A stretch of DNA of 64,000 nt from Candidatus Peribacteria bacterium. Its GTDB lineage: Bacteria > Patescibacteriota > Gracilibacteria > Peribacterales > Peribacteraceae. Position numbers and translations under genes: made by a program. Within the stretch, counting starts at the first letter, position 1, and each line of letters opens with the position of its first letter. The stretch covers positions 192,001 through 256,000 of the forward strand of contig JBEPVF010000001.1 in NCBI GenBank assembly GCA_041691135.1, given 5' to 3'. Positions 8,911 to 18,364 of this stretch are shown here, piece after piece. The notes under the pieces were generated by a model. That model made no database searches. It was given only the letters and a program-made list of their open reading frames with translations, and was not told the DNA's origin.

Positions 8911-10731
8911 ATGTCATCCGCTCTGCTCAAAGAATTTATCGCCGGCCTGCTGACCATTTTGTTGCCCTGTATCCTGCCACTCGTACCCATCGTGCTGGGC
9001 GTGAGCATCGCCGACCGCAACCGTCTGCGCCCGCTCGTCACCATTGGCGGCATGGTAATCAGCTTCGTCGGATCGACTTTTCTGTTGCAGGTAGTCCTGA
9101 GCCAGTTCGTAACCCTGGCCGACATCATCCATATCGCCACCTATCAGATTCTGTTTCTGTTCGGCATCGGCTTCTTGTTTCATACTCAACGTACACAGGT
9201 AATTTTGGCTTTCTTCAGCGGCTTTTTCTTTTGGCGATATGATATATCCGCTGTGATAGTGGCAGGAATGGCTGGCGCCTGTGCCATGACCATCGGAAGT
9301 ATGGTCGCGACCCGTATCCAGCAACTGGGAACGGATATCCAAACAACGGCTCGCACGCGTTTCGGGGCGCAATCACTGCTCACCGCACTCATCGTCGGTC
9401 TCACACTGGGTCTGGTGTGGGTGCCATGCGCCGGACCGCTCCTTAGTTACGCACTGGCTCAAGTACGCGACGAACCGAATATTCGGGCGCTCCTTCTGCT
9501 CAGCGCCTACGGTATCGGCGCCGGACTTCCGCTGCTGCTGATCGGCTACGGTGGCCAGGCCGCCATTCACTCCGTGCGCACCCTCAGCAAGTACAGCGGA
9601 CTGATCAAACAGACTGCGGGCGTACTGCTCATTCTCTCGGCCATCGGCCTCAGTTTTGATATTTCGACCAAGCTTCAGCTGTGGTTCGCCGACCACACCT
9701 CGTTCGGTTCTGTCGGTACGAACATCGAAGAGTCGCTGTTTGGACAGCAAAGTTCAACCCCAACACCGGTTGCGTCCGCCGGCACCTCGGACCAGACGGC
9801 TGTGGAACTAAACAACTATGGACCGGCTCCAGAATTCGCCGGTCTTGGGCCGTGGCATAACAGTCAACCGCTCACGCTTGCGTCGCTGCGGGGTAAAGTC
9901 GTCCTAGTCGACTTCTGGACGTACAGTTGCATCAACTGCATTCGTACGCTTCCGTACATCGAAGGCTACTGGGAAAAGTACAAAGACAAACCGTTCGTCA
10001 TCATCGGCGTGCATACGCCGGAATTCACTTTCGAGAAAGACGAGAAGAATGTGGCGGGTGCCATTCAGGAACACGGATTGAAGTATCCGATCGCACAGGA
10101 TAACGATTACGACACCTGGAACGCCTTCCAAAACAAATACTGGCCGGCCAAGTATCTGATCGATGCACAAGGGAACATCCGCTACGTGCATTTCGGCGAA
10201 GGCAACTACGAACAAACCGACGCGGCTATTGCCGCACTGCTCAAAGAAATGGGCGTGACTGCGCAGGCAGGATTGCCGATGTCATCCGCTTCCGACGACG
10301 TCACCAGCGGGCCGGTGTCTCCCGAAACGTATGTCGGCGCTCGCATGTGGAGCTCGTTCGCCAACGCGACCGGCGGCCCCTCTTCCGATGGGGTTGCCTA
10401 TACCGTTCCCTCAAACATTCCATTGGATCACTACGCGCTTGGCGGCACATGGCAGTTGTCGGATGATACGGAAAGTCAGGTGTTACAAAGTGATACCGGC
10501 ACTATCGCCATGCATTTCCAGGGCGGCGAGATCAATTTAGTATTAGGTCTGGCCGATGGAGCTGAACCCGCACAAATAAAGGTGAGCGTAGATGGCGAAG
10601 CAACCAAATCCCTCACAATCGACAGCCATGATCTCTACAACCTCTACAAAGGAAAGTACGGCGATCACACGATCACCTTACGCGTCCAGGGAAAGGGGGT
10701 AGAGGCGTATGCGTTTACATTTGGAGGCTGA
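8911..10731 (+). CDS. dipZ: DipZ-like protein (CcdA/DsbD membrane domain + thioredoxin + C-terminal domain)
   Basis: PCILP and WVPCAGP motifs; WTYSCINC redox motif; HTPEF; ETYVG. Confidence 0.88.
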   Translation: MSSALLKEFIAGLLTILLPCILPLVPIVLGVSIADRNRLRPLVTIGGMVISFVGSTFLLQVVLSQFVTLADIIHIATYQILFLFGIGFLFHTQRTQVILAFFSGFFFWRYDISAVIVAGMAGACAMTIGSMVATRIQQLGTDIQTTARTRFGAQSLLTALIVGLTLGLVWVPCAGPLLSYALAQVRDEPNIRALLLLSAYGIGAGLPLLLIGYGGQAAIHSVRTLSKYSGLIKQTAGVLLILSAIGLSFDISTKLQLWFADHTSFGSVGTNIEESLFGQQSSTPTPVASAGTSDQTAVELNNYGPAPEFAGLGPWHNSQPLTLASLRGKVVLVDFWTYSCINCIRTLPYIEGYWEKYKDKPFVIIGVHTPEFTFEKDEKNVAGAIQEHGLKYPIAQDNDYDTWNAFQNKYWPAKYLIDAQGNIRYVHFGEGNYEQTDAAIAALLKEMGVTAQAGLPMSSASDDVTSGPVSPETYVGARMWSSFANATGGPSSDGVAYTVPSNIPLDHYALGGTWQLSDDTESQVLQSDTGTIAMHFQGGEINLVLGLADGAEPAQIKVSVDGEATKSLTIDSHDLYNLYKGKYGDHTITLRVQGKGVEAYAFTFGG

Positions 10732-10784
10732 TTCAAGCCGACAGAAAAGGAGTCCACGGCGTTCCTTACTCTCCTGAGTCGACG

Positions 10785-11156
10785 TTATGCTCGGACGCCC
10801 AGATATTTTTCGACAACAACACCGATTTCGTCCCAGTCGATATTGCTCTTCACGATGTACTCTTTGACACCGAGTTCTTTGGCGCGATCGATCTGTACCT
10901 GATCGCTGATATTGGAGAACACAATGACCGGAAAATCATATCCTTTATCACGCATATGCTGCAGCACGCCGAAACCATCCACCTTGGGCATTCGGAGATC
11001 GAGCAAAAGGAGATCCGGTTGTTCCTTTTCTATTTCGTTGATTGCCTCTTCGCCATTCCGGGCTTTTACCGGGTCAATTCCTCTGTCTTTCAATTCAACG
11101 TTAATGATGATGGAAAGAAACGGTTCATCTTCGGCCACAAGAACGCGCTTGGACAT
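10785..11156 (-). CDS. single-domain response regulator
   Basis: VAEDE, LDLRMPKVDG and YIVKS motifs. Confidence 0.9.
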   Translation of the reverse strand: MSKRVLVAEDEPFLSIIINVELKDRGIDPVKARNGEEAINEIEKEQPDLLLLDLRMPKVDGFGVLQHMRDKGYDFPVIVFSNISDQVQIDRAKELGVKEYIVKSNIDWDEIGVVVEKYLGVRA

Positions 11157-11279
11157 AAAGTCAGGGAGTAAAGTGCCCCCTATTATGCAGTGTCTGTCCG
11201 ACAAGAGGAAGTAGATTTCTCATTTTCTCTGCTTTCTTGCAATATTTATGCTTTTAGCAGCCAGTAGTGACAAGAATGT

Positions 11280-11639
11280 ATGACATCGCATCGACATGCA
11301 AAAGCAGATAGAATGGAAAATATGGGAAATCCTGAGGACCGCAATTGGACCCGCATACTTCTGCGCATCGTCGTGGTAGGCGGCGTGTGTTACGTGCTCT
11401 TATTCGTGGGCATCAAAAGTTGCACCGATGCGGCGGCTTACTGCACGCGGACAACGAACAAACAGGCATGTCTCCCCGTCTATTGCCCGGCCGTCTATCA
11501 GGCCAATGTTGCCGTGCAAGTAGTGACTGGCGGTTTTGTCAAAGATGCCACGCTCGGCTATTCCAAAATGGAACACTCATCGAACTTGTGCAATTACTTC
11601 GTCTGCGACGAAGACCAATTGAAGCATATGAAGCAATGA
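11280..11639 (+). CDS. small Cys-rich membrane-anchored hypothetical protein
   Basis: One TM followed by six Cys residues. Confidence 0.6.
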   Translation: MTSHRHAKADRMENMGNPEDRNWTRILLRIVVVGGVCYVLLFVGIKSCTDAAAYCTRTTNKQACLPVYCPAVYQANVAVQVVTGGFVKDATLGYSKMEHSSNLCNYFVCDEDQLKHMKQ

Positions 11640-11753
11640 AGCCGGTTCTTATTGCAGCATCAGCAATCCCAAAAAGAGAAGCGGCGCCAGTATGCGAACC
11701 AGTCCGTTCTTCCGCAAAGGAGAGGTGAAGATGATCATAAAAGAGAAGTGAAA

Positions 11754-11930
11754 TTATCGGGAACCTCCGATCTGTCCGCCACGCGAACGTTCCCGGCGGG
11801 TGAGCTTATGCGCGTTGCCGCTGCGCTGCGCCACGATGCCGCCGATGCGACCGAGTTCACTGATCACCTCGGGATCCAGTCTCGCGAATCCGCGGCGCGA
11901 ACTCTGATTTTTTTTCTTCATCTTTACCAT
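11754..11930 (-). CDS. KGG-repeat stress-induced small protein
   Basis: RGFARLDPEVISELGRIGG ... AHKLT ... RGGQIGG matches the KGG/YciG-type pattern. Confidence 0.7.
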   Translation of the reverse strand: MVKMKKKNQSSRRGFARLDPEVISELGRIGGIVAQRSGNAHKLTRRERSRGGQIGGSR

Positions 11931-12050
11931 GCAAAAAAAGGAAGGAAGTATGAACATACTTCCTGACGCAGCCAGATCATGACCATGACAAAATTGTTGT
12001 AAATCTGCCGCTCTACCTCCCCGCAGCTCCAGCGGATCTTTCATCAAGAA

Positions 12051-12347
12051 TCATGCTTTCCGTTTCTTCTTTTTGATCTTCCCGACAAAATAATCAAAAC
12101 CTCCCTGTCCGTACTGCAAGGCGCGTGAACCGCGGGTGATTTTACTGATGCTCACGTTGAGCTTGGCGGCGATGTCGCGCTGCGGCACACCTTGCATCAG
12201 CAATTGGATCAGTTGCCATCGCTCGGCCAACGAATCGAGCTCCTGCGGCGTGAGGATATCGGCGAGGAGTTTCTGGGCTTCTTTGTCCGTTTCTACAGAA
12301 CCAAACAGTTGATACAGATCACGAAAATAACGTGGGGGCAGCGACAT
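12051..12347 (-). CDS. TrpR/YerC/YecD-family regulator
   Basis: LTPQE ... LAERW ... QRDIA ... SISKITRGS. Confidence 0.88.
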   Translation of the reverse strand: MSLPPRYFRDLYQLFGSVETDKEAQKLLADILTPQELDSLAERWQLIQLLMQGVPQRDIAAKLNVSISKITRGSRALQYGQGGFDYFVGKIKKKKRKA

Positions 12348-12393
12348 ACGGCGAGTGTACCAGATCGGCGGGACGGTCAACATGAAAGGACGT

Positions 12394-14037
12394 TTATTGT
12401 CGTCCGTAATCGGAAAAAGCCTTATCGGATCCGGGAATTGATACCGCCTTCACCCGGACTTTGGCATCGAACGGGCCCTTATAGATGCGTACGACGGGCA
12501 TGCCGTCGACAGCGATGGCATGGATCAGCGGATAACCGGCAAACCGATCGGGCTGATCGTCGGGGCGATAGGTATCCAGAATGTAGTGCGCCGACGACAC
12601 ATCTTTGATCGGAATGAGACGCTTGCTCTGATCGCGGAAGAACATGCCGCCGTTGTTGTAGGCGATATTCTGCGGCGAGTAATACAGCATCACGTCATCG
12701 GGATGTTCCTTCAGCAGATAGGCCAGTGCCTGGCGGTACGACAAACCCCAGTAATCGAGCGGAAAATTGCGCATCGCGACTTGTGACGGAATGCTGAAGT
12801 AGACATTTTCGAACGGATGATTGTGTATCATCCACAATCCCGTCATGCCCGTACAGATGGTGACGATGCAGATGACCGTTGCCCGAAGCGAAATAAAAGA
12901 GAACACCATCACGTCTTGCAAACGTCGGAGCATCCATTGCAAACCAATCAGTGCCATCAGCAGGAAGGCCGGATAGACGAAGAACACATGACGCCATTCC
13001 TGATAAATTTGCGCATGGAAGGCGATCAGCGAAACAAGCGGCACAAAAAACCAGAGCAATACCAGGAGTTCGTCAGTCGAATGCAACACAAACCGCCAAC
13101 GTTCACGCACCAAGCGCAAAAGCAGTACGGCAAAACCACACAGAAACAATGCCGTATAGAGGAGGGGAGTGGTGACGAAGATCGACACAAACACGTAGTG
13201 CCATGGATTGGCGTGGTACATTCGACCTAGGTAGAAAACATCGGCCTGCAATGTACTCATGAACTGGTACGCAGATATAAAATGATTCAGCGGATGCTGC
13301 CATAAGAACGGCCAGCTGATAATGGTCACGACCCACCACACACCCAGGTAGAGCCCGCAGGAAAACAGGAATCCTTTCCAGCGACCATGTGAAAAACCGC
13401 CGGCGCGCAGACATACGATAACGAAAGCAAGCAGTGTGAGCGCAGGCAATAGAATGGCCGTCATGCGGAGTGCCATGGCGAAACTGCACACGACCGCATG
13501 CAGAACAATGGCACGCAATGTTCTGACATCCAACGCATGCATCAGCGTCAGCATCGAGGCGGCGAACAGCGCCAGGTAGGGGATGTCGCGCGAGTTATAG
13601 AAAGCATGTGCGAAAATGCGCGGGCTCAGGACCAAGAACACGCACCCCGCCAGCGCCAGTCGCCAGTCCCGGGTAATACGTTTGGCGAGAATGTAAAAAA
13701 TCCACACACCGACGAAGAAGAACAGAAAGACAACAATGGAACGAACATGCAGCGCCGCAAGCGGAGTAAGTGCGAATGTACGCACGATGATGTTGATCGG
13801 CAGTTCTACAAATGTTCCGTGGTACCGGTGATCCACATTGGTCGCCCACGGCTGATGCAGAAACACGTAGTTGTAAGCGTCATAACCCACCTGATCCATC
13901 GTCGCGGCATCGTAGGGCAGGCCGTAATCGGCAAACACGCGCATCCCTATCAAGAAAAACACACCTAAACATACGCCAACGACACGTCGTTCAAGCGACC
14001 ACCACGAGAGAAATCGCTCACGTAAAAAGGAGAGCAT
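12394..14037 (-). CDS. GT-C fold membrane glycosyltransferase (PMT_2/ArnT-like)
   Basis: Many TMs; HAFYNSRDIP, WRHVFFVYP and LDYWG motifs. Confidence 0.8.
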   Translation of the reverse strand: MLSFLRERFLSWWSLERRVVGVCLGVFFLIGMRVFADYGLPYDAATMDQVGYDAYNYVFLHQPWATNVDHRYHGTFVELPINIIVRTFALTPLAALHVRSIVVFLFFFVGVWIFYILAKRITRDWRLALAGCVFLVLSPRIFAHAFYNSRDIPYLALFAASMLTLMHALDVRTLRAIVLHAVVCSFAMALRMTAILLPALTLLAFVIVCLRAGGFSHGRWKGFLFSCGLYLGVWWVVTIISWPFLWQHPLNHFISAYQFMSTLQADVFYLGRMYHANPWHYVFVSIFVTTPLLYTALFLCGFAVLLLRLVRERWRFVLHSTDELLVLLWFFVPLVSLIAFHAQIYQEWRHVFFVYPAFLLMALIGLQWMLRRLQDVMVFSFISLRATVICIVTICTGMTGLWMIHNHPFENVYFSIPSQVAMRNFPLDYWGLSYRQALAYLLKEHPDDVMLYYSPQNIAYNNGGMFFRDQSKRLIPIKDVSSAHYILDTYRPDDQPDRFAGYPLIHAIAVDGMPVVRIYKGPFDAKVRVKAVSIPGSDKAFSDYGRQ

Positions 14038-14148
14038 AGATGGAGTATAGGACAAGGCAGACCGCATCCCTAGAGCCATTCGACAACCCTATCGAGCCCA
14101 AAACGTATATTCCATAAAACGACAATTTATGGTATAATAATCAGATTT

Positions 14149-14907
14149 ATGAAGAACTCACTTCAGAAGAAACAGTGGCTCATCCGTGTCTTCATTCTCC
14201 TCGCTATCGTGAGTGCGGTTGCCGGCCCGATCATGCTGGCATACCTGTCGCCGCAAGATGTATTCGACGCGCAGTTTCCAGGCAATGGAAGCGGATCTTC
14301 TTCGCCGTGCAGCAGCTCGTCGTCTTCGTCGAGTTCCAGCCTGCTCCCCATGCCGTGGGACGAAACAGGTCAGTCATCCAGTTTCAGCATCCCGCCGATG
14401 CCGTGGGATGCGAGTTCGAGTTCATCGTCCAGCGTTGATCCCTGTCAGAATTCTTCCTTCAGCATCCCGCCTATGCCGTGGGATGCCAGCAGCTCATCGA
14501 TCAGCTCCAGCAAATCCAGCTCGGCAGCATCGTCGTCGTCACCTTCATCTTCGTCATCTTCTTCTCAGAGCGTTAACCAAGATAACGGCAGCGGAGGCGG
14601 TGGCAATCATCAGTCACCTGTCGACAGTGTGATTCACATAAAATCAACCACCAAGCCGACACTCGATCCGTATCCGCCGACCTACGCCGCCGCTCCAGTC
14701 AGTTCGGCGCCTGCCATCGAGCAGAATCCCTACACTGTCCCTGTCGTCACCACTGCACCGACAACGACGGACGAACCGACGCTCCATTCCGGTGCACCGG
14801 AAATCGCGCACTCAGGTCCGGGAACGGTCCTCGCACTCGTTCTGATGCTGATCGCCGCCATCGTCGTCGTCATTCGCGTACCACAGAATAATCATTACAC
14901 AGAGTAA
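14149..14907 (+). CDS. Ser-rich surface protein with three PMPWD repeats and a C-terminal membrane anchor
   Basis: N-terminal TM; (FSI)PPMPWD repeats in poly-Ser; HSGP followed by a TM. Confidence 0.75.
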   Translation: MKNSLQKKQWLIRVFILLAIVSAVAGPIMLAYLSPQDVFDAQFPGNGSGSSSPCSSSSSSSSSSLLPMPWDETGQSSSFSIPPMPWDASSSSSSSVDPCQNSSFSIPPMPWDASSSSISSSKSSSAASSSSPSSSSSSSQSVNQDNGSGGGGNHQSPVDSVIHIKSTTKPTLDPYPPTYAAAPVSSAPAIEQNPYTVPVVTTAPTTTDEPTLHSGAPEIAHSGPGTVLALVLMLIAAIVVVIRVPQNNHYTE

Positions 14908-15016
14908 AGCTGTCTCATTCATCTTTGGAGTTCAGCTGTACTATGATCGTTCGTAAGAGTGCTTGATGGTGTATCCAGGGTGCTCTTCCTCCCTCTATAT
15001 TTTCCCCATTCCCTCT

Positions 15017-16420
15017 GTGAAAAGTTCTGGCTCCAAGCTCGCCGTGCTTGCCGCATTCGTAGCGATTATTGTGTTCGTGGCACTTGCACTCAAAGCGACA
15101 AATTTGCGCCCAACGACTCCCGACACGAGTACTGTTCACAGCGCTGCGCCGCGGAGATTCCCTCTTCCTTTCGCACCGGATGCGCAGGTGGATCTTGATA
15201 AAGGAGTAGTCGAAGGAATGGATAACGGCAACCTGAAAGGAACCGTGACGCCGCTCGGCGTAAACAGCAAGGGCATCACCGTTTATCTCGTCCGCCAGCC
15301 GCACGAGAATGCCAGAGGCGACACGCAGAAACAGAACATTATCTACATTTGGGATGTGCAAAGCACAGTCCAGAATGTCCCGATCAATTCCGTTCTTAAC
15401 AACGCTCTCGGCAAAGACGGCAAAGATATTTCGGCATTTATGTATAAATACAGCCCAGACGCGGTGCAGGAGATTGCCGGTGTCGGCCATCCATTCGGCG
15501 AGCAATGGATTCTCACTAACTTCGCATGGACGCCCAAGTACGCCAACGAGGACGTCGTGCAAGGCCAGAACTGGGGCCATAATTTCGCAACGGCCCACGG
15601 CCTGACCTGGAACAGCACCGATGGGGCATCGACCCTGCACTTCAGCGGACCCAGCTTGTGGGTGGCAGTCGTGAATGAAACGGACGTCTCCGACACGCGC
15701 GTGAATTTTGATCCCGGCGCCAAATGCGGCAATGCCTGGATGGAAACTGGCGAAACATGCGATGACGGGAACATTGCTCCCGGTGACGGCTGCTCGGCGT
15801 CCTGTACACCGGAAACAGGTTGGACCTGCACGAATAACCCCAGCGTCTGCACATCAAACGGACCGGTGATCTCCGACGTTTCCGCCACGCCATCCGATAC
15901 CTCTGCGGTCATCACATGGACAACCGATCTGGGAGCAAGTTCACAAGTGGAATATGGCACAACGACCAGCTACGGCTCCACCACGACCAACGATACGAAT
16001 CCGGTCACGTCGCACTCAGTGACAATCGCATCCGGTCTGGCGGCAATGACGACCTATCACTACCGCGTCAAGAGTACGGCCAGCGGCACTACCACCACAT
16101 CGCCTGATGCGACGTTTACGACTGCGACCATCATTCCGCCGCCGATGATCACCAACGTTACCTGCACTCCAAGCGATACCACCGCGCTTATCACCTGGGA
16201 CACTGATAAAATGTCCGACTCGCAGGTGGAATATGGACCGACAGCAGCATACGGCTCCACCACGACAGTGGATCCCGCAACCGTCGCCTCACACTCCGTT
16301 ACCGTGAGCGGCCTCAGTGCATCAACCACGTATCACTACCGAGCCAAGAGCACCGCTGACGGCAAAACAGGCACATCATCTGATGCCACATGTGCCACGT
16401 TGCCGCCGATTCCGTTCTAG
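15017..16420 (+). CDS. surface protein with a DUF4215 Cys-rich repeat and two Fn3-like domains
   Basis: CGN...ETCDDGN...GDGCSASC; two SQVEYG...YHYR domains; probable GTG start. Confidence 0.8.
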   Translation: MKSSGSKLAVLAAFVAIIVFVALALKATNLRPTTPDTSTVHSAAPRRFPLPFAPDAQVDLDKGVVEGMDNGNLKGTVTPLGVNSKGITVYLVRQPHENARGDTQKQNIIYIWDVQSTVQNVPINSVLNNALGKDGKDISAFMYKYSPDAVQEIAGVGHPFGEQWILTNFAWTPKYANEDVVQGQNWGHNFATAHGLTWNSTDGASTLHFSGPSLWVAVVNETDVSDTRVNFDPGAKCGNAWMETGETCDDGNIAPGDGCSASCTPETGWTCTNNPSVCTSNGPVISDVSATPSDTSAVITWTTDLGASSQVEYGTTTSYGSTTTNDTNPVTSHSVTIASGLAAMTTYHYRVKSTASGTTTTSPDATFTTATIIPPPMITNVTCTPSDTTALITWDTDKMSDSQVEYGPTAAYGSTTTVDPATVASHSVTVSGLSASTTYHYRAKSTADGKTGTSSDATCATLPPIPF

Positions 16421-16431
16421 ACCCGCTCACA

Positions 16432-16812
16432 ATGCTTCATGACCGCCGTGATCCGAAAGGAGAACGGCGGTTTTTTTATAACGATGGCTCCGCGGCAGTC
16501 CGTCCCAATATCGTTCTGGACGGATTGCCTCCTAACCTGGAGGACGTGATCGCCGAGATCGCTGTAGGTAGCTCATCCGGCAAAAGTCTTCTGTTCGGCG
16601 ATCTATGCGTGCGTTGCCCAGTGACACAGGTGCTCCAAGACACCGGCAAAAAACGGGATGGCGAGCCACTCACATGGCTCAGCAAAAATCGACCGTCCCG
16701 GCCTCCAGAAAATAAGGGCGCCACCTTCGCAGTCAACGGTGTCTTCGGGCCTCACAGCTTTAACCATGTCATTCACCCCGGTGAAGACTTCACTATCCTG
16801 AGGGAAAAGTGA
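16432..16812 (+). CDS. hypothetical protein
   Basis: ATG 11 nt after the upstream stop; followed by a hairpin at ~16842-16869. Confidence 0.5.
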   Translation: MLHDRRDPKGERRFFYNDGSAAVRPNIVLDGLPPNLEDVIAEIAVGSSSGKSLLFGDLCVRCPVTQVLQDTGKKRDGEPLTWLSKNRPSRPPENKGATFAVNGVFGPHSFNHVIHPGEDFTILREK

Positions 16813-16901
16813 AAGGCGAGAAAAATGAGAAACAGCACGGGGACGTCAGTGGGGAAACCCATTGGCGTCTTCGTCATGGCTGTCTAATTTGACTAATTTT
16901 A

Positions 16902-16976
16902 TGGTGGCCCAGGCCAGAATCGAACTGGCTACGCCTGCCTCTTCAGGGCAGCGCTCTACCAATGAGCTACCGGGCC
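16902..16976 (-). tRNA. tRNA-Phe(GAA)
   Basis: Cloverleaf; anticodon arm CTGCC-CTGAAGA-GGCAG; encoded CCA. Confidence 0.96.
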
Positions 16977-17108
16977 ACAGTGGACACAAAATATAGCAAT
17001 AAGGGAAAGGGAAAGAAAGAGACGTTGTCCCCGATATCTTTCTAGATTCCGGATTCTTCTTCGGTTAGAGTGAAACTGACATCCTTGTGAGGAAGGATTT
17101 GTCTTACT

Positions 17109-17200
17109 GGGCCGTAGCTCAGCTGCCTAGCTCCACGAAGTGGAGCGTAAAGAAATAAGGCGCTGCGCGTTGCCTGAGGCACTCGAAATTTTCACACCAT
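17109..17200 (+). repeat. duplicated tRNA-Ala 5' end plus CCTAGC-hairpin mini-element
   Basis: GGGCCGTAGCTCAGCTG (17109-17125) matches 17202-17218 at 16/17, then CCTAGCTCCAC-GAA-GTGGAGC. Confidence 0.75.
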
Positions 17201-17276
17201 GGGGCTGTAGCTCAGCTGATAGAGCGCTGCATTCGCATTGCAGAGGTCGAGGGTTTGAGTCCCTTCAGCTCCACCA
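17201..17276 (+). tRNA. tRNA-Ala(CGC)
   Basis: GGGGCTG acceptor with G3-U70; anticodon arm CTGCA-TTCGCAT-TGCAG; CCA. Confidence 0.95.
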
Positions 17277-17311
17277 TGACAACTATGCACACTTTGATCT
17301 AGTCTGATCAG

Positions 17312-17334
17312 AAAGCGCCACTTGGCGCTTTTTT
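17312..17334 (+). terminator. Rho-independent terminator after tRNA-Ala
   Basis: AAAGCGCCA-CT-TGGCGCTTT followed by a T-run. Confidence 0.75.
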
Positions 17335-17453
17335 GTTGCACTTAGGTTGAGTCTGCACACTTTGTGCGACTTTGCACACAATCGTTTCAAGTCCGCTGAC
17401 CCAATACAGTCTCTGTAATAGACCCAAGTGCCCATTCAAGCTAAAATCACCAT

Positions 17454-18095
17454 ATGGAAAATGTAATACCATTTCGGACTGATAGGTTTACCTGCCCGCT
17501 GTGCCATACATTCGCAGACCAATCATGGTTTCATGGTCAAGTTCGGTTCAATGATCATGAAAGGAACCAATATGAGGCCGCTGGTGATATCAGTCTTTGC
17601 TATTGCCGCTCGTGTAGGAATTATTCAATTTGGAAAGGACAAGAAATGGTTTACCCCGATACATTGCCAGTTGAAATTCCGAATCAAGATCTTTCGGCAG
17701 AAATTGTTAACGATTATAACGAAGCAGCTTCTATACTTAACAAATCGCCACGAGGCGCAGCTGCTCTACTCAGATTGGCTATTCAAAAGTTATGCCATGA
17801 GTTGGGTTGTGATCCGAAGAAAAAAATAGATGACAATATAGCGGAGCTTGTTAAAAAGGGACTATTACCCAAAGTGCAGAAGGCTCTAGATATAGTTCGT
17901 GTTACAGGCAACGAAGCAGTTCATCCAGGACAAATCGATTTATCTGATGATATCGAGACAGCGAAGAAGTTATTCGGACTTGTAAACATTATTGCTCGAC
18001 AAATGATCACCGAAGAAAAGGAGGTAAATTCACTTTATGATTCTCTTCCAGAAGAAAAAAGGTCTGCTATTGAAAAAAGAAATCAAAAGTCTTGA
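17454..18095 (+). CDS. DUF4145 (HEPN-like) protein with an N-terminal Zn ribbon
   Basis: CPLC...CRSC; SPRGAAALLRLAIQKL; RVTGNEAVH. Confidence 0.85.
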   Translation: MENVIPFRTDRFTCPLCHTFADQSWFHGQVRFNDHERNQYEAAGDISLCYCRSCRNYSIWKGQEMVYPDTLPVEIPNQDLSAEIVNDYNEAASILNKSPRGAAALLRLAIQKLCHELGCDPKKKIDDNIAELVKKGLLPKVQKALDIVRVTGNEAVHPGQIDLSDDIETAKKLFGLVNIIARQMITEEKEVNSLYDSLPEEKRSAIEKRNQKS

Positions 18096-18364
18096 TACGA
18101 TTATCTTCAATCAATCTAGTAATCAATCTTTCTTTGAAACAAGTCCAGGTACTCCGGTTGCTTTGATGCAAACAACGATCAAATGTGAGTCCACTATGGC
18201 AGACTTCAGAGATCAACTTCCTGAGAAATGGAGAAACTACGACTTCACGAATGCTATTGGGCTACTGTTATTGATGAAACAGATTCAGGAAGATCCTCCA
18301 AAGGACGACCCTAATATTTTGAAGATCGATGAGGACGGAACGCGGCTTTATTAAAGTCTCAGTA

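Noticed and set aside
12051-12347. TrpR-like gene as evidence of a trp regulon
   Set aside because: No trp genes or operator nearby; YerC/YecD-like genes are common on their own.
17109-17200. tRNA intron
   Set aside because: The downstream tRNA is already complete, and the insert is too short for a group I/II intron.
18037-18354. Small ORF inside the island
   Set aside because: Overlaps the DUF4145 gene, the start is unclear and there is no motif; it may be real but is unsupported.
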